Translations under genes and position numbers: made by a program
Assembly: GCA_016932045.1 (NCBI GenBank)
Contig: JAFGDO010000002.1
Coordinates: forward strand, 2,553-66,552
Direction of reading: 5' to 3'
Length of the DNA: 64,000 nucleotides
From: Candidatus Dojkabacteria bacterium
GTDB lineage: Bacteria; Patescibacteriota; Dojkabacteria; JAHIVN01
The notes under the pieces: model-generated
Seen by the model: only the letters and a program-made list of their open reading frames with translations
What the model was told of the DNA's origin: nothing
The model's database searches: none
In this document: piece after piece, positions 9,712 through 18,929 of the stretch
Layout: every line of letters starts with the position of its first letter
How positions within the stretch are numbered: position 1 is the first letter of the stretch

Positions 9712-10182
9712 ATGAAGAAGATAAGTCTAAAGATTAATTCTTTAGGAAAAACAAGTAGACTAGCTTCCCAAATAGCTGCTAATCTTAAAGGTGGTGAAGT
9801 TATCTGTCTGGTTGGTGAGCTTGGAGTGGGAAAAACTCATTTTGTAAAGTTTTTTGCCGAGGCTTTAGGAGTTGGAATCGAGGAAGTAATTAGTCCTACT
9901 TTTGTCTATTGGAAAAAGCATGTAGGCAACAAATTTAAACTGAATCATTTCGATTTTTACAGGATAACCGATGAAAACGAGGTGGAAAGCACAGGTCTTA
10001 CAGATGCATTTGGTGAAAAGGATGCTGTTACAATCATTGAGTGGGCCGATAGAGTAACGCCGCATCTTCCCCATGATAGACTTGAGATACGCATGATGTA
10101 TCTTGGGCGTATCGAGAGACAAATTGATATCGAGGTAATTGGCGACAAGTATGACTATCTCCTTGACAACATTAATGTATAG
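9712..10182 (+). CDS. tsaE: tRNA threonylcarbamoyladenosine biosynthesis protein TsaE (YjeE)
   Basis: P-loop GELGVGKTHFVK and VISPTFVY are typical of TsaE. Confidence 0.8.
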   Translation: MKKISLKINSLGKTSRLASQIAANLKGGEVICLVGELGVGKTHFVKFFAEALGVGIEEVISPTFVYWKKHVGNKFKLNHFDFYRITDENEVESTGLTDAFGEKDAVTIIEWADRVTPHLPHDRLEIRMMYLGRIERQIDIEVIGDKYDYLLDNINV

Positions 10183-10272
10183 TTATTTTCCATTTATTTA
10201 AAATCCGATTTAGAAACGCAGGTAGAGTTTAATTGTGGAACTAGTATATTTATTGAAAATATCTTTTTTGAT

Positions 10273-11295
10273 ATGGATATTCCGGTAAAAATCAAAAGTA
10301 TTCTAAATGATACACAAGAAATTCTGATAATAGTGTCAAGGCCAATTGATAATGATTGTATAGCAAGCGGGATAGGTCTAAAAAAACATTTTGAGAGAAA
10401 GGGGAAAAATGTTACGCTCATCTCACCAACTGTGTTACCCTCTTTTGTTGAGTCTTTTCCGCTTCATGAATTAGTTGAAGTACTAGATACAAGGGTTATG
10501 AGCTTCGAGAATTTTGATCTCATAATAGCTGTTGATGGGGGGAACACAAAGCAATTTGCCGAGGTTCAGCAAGATTCAGATTTCAATTTTGGTGGTAACA
10601 AAAATGTTCTAAATATTGACCATCATCTTGGAAATACTCATTTTGCAAAATACGAAATCTGGGATCCTTCTGTTTCTTCTACAACGGAACTTGTACTTTC
10701 AAAGATAATTGATATTAGAGAAATATCTAAGGACGAAGCAACCTTACTGTATGCAGGAATAGTTGGCGATACCGGAAACTTTAACTATGGATTTAGCAAA
10801 CAAACTCTCGAGTTTGCTGCACAGCTTTTTGCTAAGGGTGCAGATTTCAATCTGATTCTGAATGAGTATTTTTATAAGAATAAAGAAGAGCATTTTGATA
10901 TACTTGCCTGGATGATTCAAAACACGAGATACAACTTTGAGCTCGGATATTCTTATGTAATTCTGGAGTACGAAAGACTTGAAAAGAAATTCGATTGGGA
11001 TTATGAGGAGATAAAAGGCGGTATTCGGCTGTATGAGAATTACTTTTCCAGGGCTATAGAGGGCATGAATATCGGAATGGTAATCAAGGTAAAGAGGAAT
11101 AAGATAGATATTTCCATGAGAGGGAAGCAGAAGGTGAATAGAATTCCACTGCCTGAAATTGGAAAGGCTATGAACTGTGAAGTTGGGGGACACTTTAACT
11201 CTTCAGGTTTTAGTATCCAAGCAGACACTTCTGATTTTATAAATAGGATTGAACAAGTTATAAAAGATCTAAATGAAAAATATAAGAAGTCATGA
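10273..11295 (+). CDS. DHH/DHHA1 phosphoesterase (NrnA-like oligoribonuclease/pAp phosphatase)
   Basis: IIAVDGGN, NIDHHLGN (DHH motif) and GIVGDTGNF (DHHA1 GGH-like motif). Confidence 0.75.
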   Translation: MDIPVKIKSILNDTQEILIIVSRPIDNDCIASGIGLKKHFERKGKNVTLISPTVLPSFVESFPLHELVEVLDTRVMSFENFDLIIAVDGGNTKQFAEVQQDSDFNFGGNKNVLNIDHHLGNTHFAKYEIWDPSVSSTTELVLSKIIDIREISKDEATLLYAGIVGDTGNFNYGFSKQTLEFAAQLFAKGADFNLILNEYFYKNKEEHFDILAWMIQNTRYNFELGYSYVILEYERLEKKFDWDYEEIKGGIRLYENYFSRAIEGMNIGMVIKVKRNKIDISMRGKQKVNRIPLPEIGKAMNCEVGGHFNSSGFSIQADTSDFINRIEQVIKDLNEKYKKS

Positions 11296-12014
11296 AATAT
11301 ATCCTTGGAATACAAACTGCTGAGCTGCCTAACGAAGTTGCGCTACTTGAGTTTTCTAAGTCAAAAGTAGAAATCCCCAGAAAGTTTACTAAAAAAATAA
11401 GTACAGGGGGACAGACAATTGAAGAGTTAGGTGATTCAGTGAAAAAAATATTGGCTGAAGCTGGTATTGAACCAGAAGAAGTTGATCTAGTTTGTGTTTG
11501 TCTTGGTCCCGGTTCTTATACCGGTACAAGAGGAGGAGTAGCTTTTGCTAAAGGATACTGTCAATTTAGGGGAATTCCTCTTATTGGTGTATCTGCTTTT
11601 GAAGTTCTTGAGGAAAGTATAAAAACTATAAAAGGCATCGGAAATGTAGTTTTCATGTTGGATGCGAAAAATGAAAGAGTATTTGCTTTAAAATCAGACA
11701 GAAAATCTTTTGGGAAGATTCGGATGGACCAAGTTCGCGTGGATTCAATTGAGAATATATTGACCCCAACTAAGGAAAGAACACTTTTCCTAGGATCGGG
11801 AGCGGCTGCATATCGAGGTATTATTAATGAAGAAATTAAAAATAGAGCTGCTTTTGTTCCTGCAAAGTCGAATATCCTGAGAGCTGTAAACGTGGCAGCC
11901 AGAGGCTTAAAAAGCTATCAAAAGAATTCTTCTATATATTCAAAGGATTACTTGTTAAATATCAAACCTCTTTATATACTACCTCCCAACATTACAAAAG
12001 CGAAGAGTAAGTAG
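11292..12014 (+). CDS. tsaB: tRNA threonylcarbamoyladenosine biosynthesis protein TsaB (YeaZ)
   Basis: MKYILGIQTA...VCVCLGPGSYTGTRGGVAFAKGY...IPLIGVSAFEVL. Its ATGA start overlaps the upstream stop. Confidence 0.75.
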   Translation: MKYILGIQTAELPNEVALLEFSKSKVEIPRKFTKKISTGGQTIEELGDSVKKILAEAGIEPEEVDLVCVCLGPGSYTGTRGGVAFAKGYCQFRGIPLIGVSAFEVLEESIKTIKGIGNVVFMLDAKNERVFALKSDRKSFGKIRMDQVRVDSIENILTPTKERTLFLGSGAAAYRGIINEEIKNRAAFVPAKSNILRAVNVAARGLKSYQKNSSIYSKDYLLNIKPLYILPPNITKAKSK

Positions 12015-12023
12015 GAACTAAAT

Positions 12024-13784
12024 ATGAGTAAAAATTGGAAAATTCTTCCCAAAATCACAAAAAAGGCCTCAAAACAACTAGATAGCTATCCTACTATTAT
12101 TCAGCAACTCTTATACAATAGGGGCATCCTGAGTAAAGATGAGGCGCAAGAGTTCCTTGATCCGGATTTTGTTCAGTTTCATGATTTTTCTAAAATTTAT
12201 AACATTAAAAGCGCGGCAAAGATCATATTAGGTCTTATAGAACAAAAAAAGAAGATCTTTATCCATGGGGACTTTGATGTTGACGGTATTTGTTCAACGT
12301 CAATACTTTGGGATTTCTTGTATCGCGGACTTGAGGCGGATGTTCTTCCATATGTGCCAAGTAGATTTGATGAGGGATATGGCATGAGTGAGGAATCATT
12401 AACAAATATTGCAAAGCAGGGGGGAGAAGTAGTCATTACTGTTGATTGCGGCATAAAGGATGACGAGCTTATAGCTAGATGGAAGAAGAAAGGCCTTGAG
12501 TTTATAGTTACTGATCATCACGAACTGAAAAAAAAGAGCACGAGTAGAAAGGGTGGAAAAACTTTTGAAAAAGTAGTTCTTCCTGATATGGCTTTAACCA
12601 TTGTACATCCGGAGCATCCGAAGAGCAGTTATCCATTTACAAAAATCTCTGGCGCTGCAGTTGTATGGAAGTTGGTTTGCACTATTACAAAGAAGGCGGC
12701 TATTGATTTTGAGCCCGATAATTATCTGGACCTTGTGGCGCTTTCCACAGTATGCGATGTCATGCCTTTAACTGACGAGAATAGATCAATTCTTAAAGTC
12801 GGCCTTCGACAGATACAGGGGCTTCAGAAAGGTCAGGCTCAAGTGGATAGAGTTGGGCTTAAACGATTGATTTATGATGCTGGTTTAGATCCTTCAGGTA
12901 TTGATGCATATCACTTAGGATTTATCATAGGACCCCGTCTCAATGCGGCGGGCAGGCTGGATCACGCCATTGATGCTATTCGTTTACTTACAACAAAGAA
13001 ATTTGATCAAGCTAGGGAAATTTCAGAAAAGCTAAACTCACTAAATCAGAAAAGGCAAAGAATTCAGGAAGATATATACAAGAATGCTTTGAAGCAAATT
13101 GAGGAGTATGGTTTTGAGAGTAAGTTGTATTTTGTATGGGGTGAAGATTGGGCAGAGGGAGTCATAGGTATCGTTGCAGGTAAAATTTGCGAAACCTATC
13201 ATCGGCCAGTACTTGTGGCGACAAGGAAAGGAAAAATTTTTACCGGTTCAGCAAGAAGTATTGATCAGTTTAATATTGTTGATGCGATTAATTCTCAATC
13301 TGATCTTTTAGACAGGTTTGGTGGGCATCCTTTGGCTGCAGGATTTACAGTAAAAGCCGAGAATATTGAGCAATTTAGAGATAATCTTCTTGAGATTGCT
13401 GATAGAGAACTGTCGGATGGGGATACAGAAAAAGAAGACATAGCTGACTATGAAATTGAACTTAATGATATAAACCTTGAGCTATTGGGTTGGCTAGGAA
13501 AGTTCTCGCCATTTGGTTTTGGTAATCCTAAACCTCGCTTTATCTTGAGGAAAGCTAAGGTTACTGAGGCCAGATTAGTTGGTGCAGCAAAGAATCACCT
13601 ATTACTCGCATTTCTTAATGAAGATACGGGCGAATATTTGAAAGGTATAGGCTTCGGGTTAGGAGAAGACTTTAAGGAAATAAAACCTGGTGATAGAATA
13701 GACCTATTGTTTACGCTGGAAATAGATGATTGGAATGGTGGCGAGAAGATACAATTGAATGTCAAGGATATTGAAAAGATATAA
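12024..13784 (+). CDS. recJ: Single-stranded-DNA-specific exonuclease RecJ
   Basis: DHH-family motifs IHGDFDVDGICS, ITVDCGI and FIVTDHHE, plus a C-terminal OB-like region. 586 aa. Confidence 0.85.
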   Translation: MSKNWKILPKITKKASKQLDSYPTIIQQLLYNRGILSKDEAQEFLDPDFVQFHDFSKIYNIKSAAKIILGLIEQKKKIFIHGDFDVDGICSTSILWDFLYRGLEADVLPYVPSRFDEGYGMSEESLTNIAKQGGEVVITVDCGIKDDELIARWKKKGLEFIVTDHHELKKKSTSRKGGKTFEKVVLPDMALTIVHPEHPKSSYPFTKISGAAVVWKLVCTITKKAAIDFEPDNYLDLVALSTVCDVMPLTDENRSILKVGLRQIQGLQKGQAQVDRVGLKRLIYDAGLDPSGIDAYHLGFIIGPRLNAAGRLDHAIDAIRLLTTKKFDQAREISEKLNSLNQKRQRIQEDIYKNALKQIEEYGFESKLYFVWGEDWAEGVIGIVAGKICETYHRPVLVATRKGKIFTGSARSIDQFNIVDAINSQSDLLDRFGGHPLAAGFTVKAENIEQFRDNLLEIADRELSDGDTEKEDIADYEIELNDINLELLGWLGKFSPFGFGNPKPRFILRKAKVTEARLVGAAKNHLLLAFLNEDTGEYLKGIGFGLGEDFKEIKPGDRIDLLFTLEIDDWNGGEKIQLNVKDIEKI

Positions 13785-13858
13785 GGTGTAAGGTAAAAGG
13801 GGAAAGGGGGAAAGATCTATATGACATGGAAATTTTTAATTACCGAATTATATAAATT

Positions 13859-14617
13859 ATGAAAGAGTTATCAAAAATTGCAAACTGGATTTTTAAGAAT
13901 ATCACCCTTATCTTTGGTGTGGTTATTATTGGCATGGATTTAATTGCACTTGGTGCTCCAATTCTTGCACATTTGGGTTTCACAACTATTGCACACTGGA
14001 TTTATGTGATATATGGATATTTGTGCCATCAGCGTCCGTGGCGTTCTATTCATTTTTTTGACTATCAGGTAGCTTGGTGTACACGCGATACGTTTATCTA
14101 TATTTCAATGGCGCTCTCCGCTTTTTTTATTGTAATGTTCAAGATCAGGAAAGTTAAGTGGTATATACCGCTTCTGGCGCTTATCCCGTTTGCTCTTGAC
14201 GGAACGATTCAACTAATTGCAGAGCTGGATGGTGTTCTGAATGACAAGGAAGCATTTTTCTATGCAAGTACAAACTTTATGAGGATGCTGACAGGCAGTG
14301 TATTTGGAGCTGGTGCCGGACTTTGGCTATTTAGTATGCTTGACGGGACGATAGAGGAGGAGCTGAGCGAACAGCCAATAGCGAAGAGCCAACAGCCGAT
14401 AGCTGATAGAAGATATAAAGCAATTAAAGATAGATCGGGAAAGAATATTCTGTATTATCTGGTAATTTTGTTGATTTGCCTTATTACTTATCTTGGGTTT
14501 GTTCAAATTTGGAATATTACCTCGGATAAATACAAACCCTCGGGGCTGCTTGATCACAAAAGATATTTCCCCGGATACAATTATGAAGACGTTGGCAGAG
14601 CGGGACACGGGGGGTGA
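13859..14617 (+). CDS. DUF2085-family membrane protein
   Basis: Conserved CHQRPWRS motif after the first TM helix, plus further TM segments. Confidence 0.5.
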   Translation: MKELSKIANWIFKNITLIFGVVIIGMDLIALGAPILAHLGFTTIAHWIYVIYGYLCHQRPWRSIHFFDYQVAWCTRDTFIYISMALSAFFIVMFKIRKVKWYIPLLALIPFALDGTIQLIAELDGVLNDKEAFFYASTNFMRMLTGSVFGAGAGLWLFSMLDGTIEEELSEQPIAKSQQPIADRRYKAIKDRSGKNILYYLVILLICLITYLGFVQIWNITSDKYKPSGLLDHKRYFPGYNYEDVGRAGHGG

Positions 14618-14750
14618 AATTTCCAATCTGCAATAAGCAATCTACAGTTTTCAATTAATAATTCGGGTTAGAGGCAGAAAGTAGGAGAGATAAGACAGCA
14701 ATCAAATCATTCAACTATCTGGCCATCCAACTATCTAGCTATGTAGTTTT

Positions 14751-15029
14751 TTATAATAACTTTTCCTGTCTTGCTGGCAGCTTAAGTGGCTTATCGCTAT
14801 CTACTGCAAGAAGCTTATTCTTGTCTTTATATCCCCTCATTATTCTAATATTGCTTTTATGAATATCGAGTTCCTTAGAAAGGAAATTTATGAGCTCTTT
14901 ATTGGCCTTCCCCTTTTGGGCTGGAGCTCTAATCTTGATCTTCAAAGTATTTTCTTGCCAGCCTACTATTTTGTTACATGAGGAACTTGGAGTTACTTTA
15001 ATCTTTATAATCATATGAAAAATAGGCAA
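14751..15029 (-). CDS. DUF167/YggU-family protein
   Basis: KGKANKELINFLSKELDIHKSNIRIMRGYKDKNKLLAV matches the YggU (DUF167) pattern. Immediately downstream of glyA. Confidence 0.55.
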   Translation of the reverse strand: MPIFHMIIKIKVTPSSSCNKIVGWQENTLKIKIRAPAQKGKANKELINFLSKELDIHKSNIRIMRGYKDKNKLLAVDSDKPLKLPARQEKLL

Positions 15030-16331
15030 TTATTTCGGCAATGGGAACTTTGAACAAAGATATTTCACTTCCTTCTTCACTTTTGGTATTTCTGGAATTG
15101 AAGCTAACTGATCCTCGAAATCTTCAAAGCTAAGATCTGAGTAAGGAATAGCGGCCTCGATAACCTCGTTTATCCACTTTGCAATTTGAACCATTTCCTT
15201 TTCCTTCATTCCTCTTGTTGTAACCGTCGGAGTACCAAGTCTTATTCCTGAAGGTTTAAAAGGGGAAGAAGTTTCACCAGGCACAGTATTCTTGTTTAGT
15301 GTTATTCCGGCAAATTTTAGTGCTCTTGCCGCATACATCCCATTGATTTCCTTACTGCGAAGATCAACAAGAATTAAATGTTTTTCAGTGCCCTTTGAAA
15401 CGACATCAAATCCGTACTTTACTAGTTCCTGGGCAAGTTTTTTTGCATTTCTGACTATCTGCTCTACATATTGCTTAAATTTTTTACTTTTTGCTTCTTT
15501 TAAACAAACAGCAATTGCAGCAATATTATTATTAAAGGGCCCCCCCTGCATTCCGGGAAAGACCGATCTGTCGATTTGTTCTGATGATTCTTCCTTTGAG
15601 AATATAAGCGCGCCTCTTGGACCTCTAAGTGTCTTATGAGTTGTCATGGTTACAATATCGGCATAAGGAAAAGGCGACTTGTTCACTCCTCCAGCAACAA
15701 GTCCTGCTTCGTGTGCTATATCAGCAAGATAAAATGCTTTAACTTTTCTAGCAATTTTGGAGAGTCGAGAGTGATTTATTTCAGCCGGATAAGCAGTACC
15801 CCCCGAAATCAGTATCTTTGGTTTTTCTTTAAGAACCTTTTTCTCAACCTCGTCGTAGTCAAATTTTCCTGTCTTAGGATCAACAAAATAGTAGGCGACA
15901 TTATAAATCTTTGAACTCAAGGTAATCTTTTTGTTCTTGTATTTCCATCCATGAGACAGGTGTCCACCGTCAAAAAGATACATTCCCATTATTTTATCGC
16001 CGGGTTTTAGAAGTGCATTGTACACAGCTAGATTTGCTATTGAGCCTGCATATGCCTGAACATTCACATGCCACTTTTTGCTTAGACCAAAAGCCTCCAG
16101 AGCTCTTTTTTTACAAAGTGCTTCGATTTCATCGACGATCTCATTCCCTTCATAATATCTTTTTGAAATCTGACCTTCGCTATATTTGTGTGTAAAGACC
16201 GAGCCCAAAGCCTCACGAACAGCTTCTGAAGAAAAATTCTCAGATGGAATGAGTTGTAATTCTCCATTTTGACGTTTAAATTCTTTACGAATTAAGTTTG
16301 ATATTTTGGGGTCACTCTTTGTTAGTTTCAT
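15030..16331 (-). CDS. glyA: Serine hydroxymethyltransferase
   Basis: LIPSENFSSEAVREALGSVFTHKYSEG and VTMTTHKTLRGPRGALI (PLP-Lys region) match SHMT. Confidence 0.9.
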   Translation of the reverse strand: MKLTKSDPKISNLIRKEFKRQNGELQLIPSENFSSEAVREALGSVFTHKYSEGQISKRYYEGNEIVDEIEALCKKRALEAFGLSKKWHVNVQAYAGSIANLAVYNALLKPGDKIMGMYLFDGGHLSHGWKYKNKKITLSSKIYNVAYYFVDPKTGKFDYDEVEKKVLKEKPKILISGGTAYPAEINHSRLSKIARKVKAFYLADIAHEAGLVAGGVNKSPFPYADIVTMTTHKTLRGPRGALIFSKEESSEQIDRSVFPGMQGGPFNNNIAAIAVCLKEAKSKKFKQYVEQIVRNAKKLAQELVKYGFDVVSKGTEKHLILVDLRSKEINGMYAARALKFAGITLNKNTVPGETSSPFKPSGIRLGTPTVTTRGMKEKEMVQIAKWINEVIEAAIPYSDLSFEDFEDQLASIPEIPKVKKEVKYLCSKFPLPK

Positions 16332-17145
16332 ATATTTTTACAAGATTCTCAAGTAAACAAACTACTGTTAATGGTCCAACTCCCCCTGGAACAGGACTTA
16401 TTGCTCCGGCTTTTTTAGAGACATTTTCAAAATCAACATCACCAACTGTTTTGCCCTTGACTTTTGTTATTCCTGCATCAATCACGATTGCTTTGTCTTT
16501 TACCATCTCTTCTACTACAAGGTTAGCTTTTCCGACTGCACTTACAATTATATCTGCTTCTTTTGTAAAAGAGGAGAGGTCTTTTGTAAATTCGTTGCAC
16601 ACATTAACAGTTGCTCCTTTTCCTAAAAGATAAGTTGAGAGAGGTTTCCCAATAAGGTTTGAGTCATTAATTATGGTTACAACTTTAGACTTAAGCCTTA
16701 CCTTGAGTTCATTCAGAATTGAGATGATAGCCTCAACAGTTGCTGGGCGGAGAGCTCCTTTTACATTCTTTATTGATCGGCCTAAGTTTGTTGATGTCAA
16801 TCCATCAACGTCTTTTGCAGGATCTATAAAGTCAAGTACGTTTTCTTCAACAAGGTCTTTTCTGATGGGTAGCTGGAAAAAATAACCAGTGCAATTTGGA
16901 TTAAAGTTTAAGTTGTTGCATGTTGCTCTTATGATTTCATGAAAGATATCTTTTTTAAATTCGTGTATATTAACTTTTATTCCTAGACTTTCGGCAGCTA
17001 CTCTTTTGTTCCGGATAAAAATATCTGAAGCGGTGCTTTTTCCTATATATAGTATATCTAGCTGTATTTTAGAGCCGTTTTTTTTGACCTTTTGTTTTAA
17101 CTGACTAAGTTTTTTCTTTGCTAGTTTGTCACCTTTAATTACCAT
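16312..17145 (-). CDS. folD: Bifunctional methylenetetrahydrofolate dehydrogenase/cyclohydrolase
   Basis: ASDIFIRNKRVAAESLGIK and PVPGGVGPLTVVCLLENL match FolD. Overlaps glyA by 20 nt. Confidence 0.85.
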   Translation of the reverse strand: MVIKGDKLAKKKLSQLKQKVKKNGSKIQLDILYIGKSTASDIFIRNKRVAAESLGIKVNIHEFKKDIFHEIIRATCNNLNFNPNCTGYFFQLPIRKDLVEENVLDFIDPAKDVDGLTSTNLGRSIKNVKGALRPATVEAIISILNELKVRLKSKVVTIINDSNLIGKPLSTYLLGKGATVNVCNEFTKDLSSFTKEADIIVSAVGKANLVVEEMVKDKAIVIDAGITKVKGKTVGDVDFENVSKKAGAISPVPGGVGPLTVVCLLENLVKIYETNKE

Positions 17146-17291
17146 TATAGGCTTGAATAAAATTTTAGAATGTTGTAGTATCTCTTAAATAAGATCCGAT
17201 CTTTAAGACCGAATAAAGAAAATAGATTGATTATATTGAATTTTAACTCATATTTTGTCCTTTTTCAAAAATAAATTATTAACTTCGCCTT

Positions 17292-18752
17292 ATGCAGAAG
17301 CTCAGTCTAACGTTTAGAGGGAAAACTTTCAGAGAGTTTACGTCAACTAGGCAGATGATTGTATATTTCTTGGATCTTTTAATAAAACTTACCATCATAA
17401 CATTCTTTTGTGTTATGGGGATTGAGTATACCTTGATTGATGCAGAAAGCCCGGAACTTGTGAGATTTGTTTTTATTTATCTAGTTGCCATTTTGGTTTG
17501 GGGTTTGATCTTGATCAAGTCATTGGTGCAGGGCAGAAAAGTTTTTGGGAAAACACAGTTAGATATATATTTTATGGGGATTTTGACATTCTCACTTATT
17601 TCAGTATTATTATCAGAATATAGAACAGAAGGAGTTTTCGGATCTTTTGGAACTTGGTCTTACAGTATCATCACACTGCTTAGTATTTCAATTATCTACT
17701 ATGTTACTGTTCTTCTTTTTAAGTATCTCCGCGGTCTCAAGTGGTTGAGTGTAACATTTTTACTCTCAATTTTGTTGCCGGCTGTTTATTATGTTGTTTC
17801 AATTATAAGAGATGAGGAAACCAGCAACCTAGATTTTTTGAGGTATGCGGTTTTAGGTATTCCAATGACAATAGGTGTTCTATTTGTCTTCCGAAAAATT
17901 TGGCTAAAGATCATCACATTTATAGCTTTACTTCTAAATCTATTCCTTATTGCTTATTATTCGAATTTTCTTACAGGAGCGATGTTTGTTTTAAGTATTG
18001 GAGTCTTGACATTATTTGTGCTTTTTTACTTCTCCTTTTGGATCAAGAACGGAAATACAATAATTTCTTTTGCTCGTGCTCTTTTGGGCAAACTATTTAA
18101 TTTTTCAAATTTAAAGAACCTTGTAAAAGAGAGAAAAAGAGAATCCCTGATTTTCCTGATGGTTATACTCATGGCGCTGTGGATTTTAGGATTTACGTCA
18201 TTCAGCTTAAGGTATTTTAATCAGGATATTGGGCCTTATATCGCTGATTGGTTTAGAGAGGATTTCGAAAAATTTGAGGGAGTCAGAATGTGGATTATTG
18301 GAAAAAACGATCTTTCAACAGAATTCTCATCTTTTGAATCGATGAACATCCTGGCTAATTATGGCTTGGTTACTTTTTTGATATTTCTTTCATTTATGAT
18401 CTATGGAATATATCTATCAGGTAAGATGACTTTAAAGCTTCTATATAAGGGAAGTTTCAGGAACATTGTTTTGCTCTCAAGTATTTTTGTGACCATTGTG
18501 ACAATTCTTACTAGTTTTCTTGTCGCGAGAATGACGCCAATGGTCTATATGTTGCTTCTATTTGTATCAAGTATGGTGGCAGTGATCTATGATCTTTTAA
18601 ACGGCGGAGAAACCTACTCTTTGGAAGTTTTCGAGGACAAGCTTAGCGGTAAGGAGAAGATTATAAAAATAGTGCTATCAATTGTCATTTTTGGTACTGT
18701 TATTTTGGGCTTTGTCGGTATACTAACAGGGCTGGATAAAGGGATATTTTAG
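17292..18752 (+). CDS. Polytopic membrane protein (about 12 TM), possibly O-antigen-ligase/polymerase-like
   Basis: 486-aa ORF consisting almost entirely of hydrophobic helices. No catalytic motif recognised. Lies upstream of the surface-protein cluster. Confidence 0.4.
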   Translation: MQKLSLTFRGKTFREFTSTRQMIVYFLDLLIKLTIITFFCVMGIEYTLIDAESPELVRFVFIYLVAILVWGLILIKSLVQGRKVFGKTQLDIYFMGILTFSLISVLLSEYRTEGVFGSFGTWSYSIITLLSISIIYYVTVLLFKYLRGLKWLSVTFLLSILLPAVYYVVSIIRDEETSNLDFLRYAVLGIPMTIGVLFVFRKIWLKIITFIALLLNLFLIAYYSNFLTGAMFVLSIGVLTLFVLFYFSFWIKNGNTIISFARALLGKLFNFSNLKNLVKERKRESLIFLMVILMALWILGFTSFSLRYFNQDIGPYIADWFREDFEKFEGVRMWIIGKNDLSTEFSSFESMNILANYGLVTFLIFLSFMIYGIYLSGKMTLKLLYKGSFRNIVLLSSIFVTIVTILTSFLVARMTPMVYMLLLFVSSMVAVIYDLLNGGETYSLEVFEDKLSGKEKIIKIVLSIVIFGTVILGFVGILTGLDKGIF

Positions 18753-18929
18753 AAGCTCACTGCTCAAGTTGTTTATGTAGAATCCTCATGTACTTCTATA
18801 TACATTTCCATTTGTCTGTTGGAACTTGTTTCAAGGTTCCCTTTTTTATTTCCCGATAGATAATATAAAGATTTTTTGTTAAGAAATAATTTTTATGTTA
18901 TATTTTTATAACGTTAATATATTCTTCAA

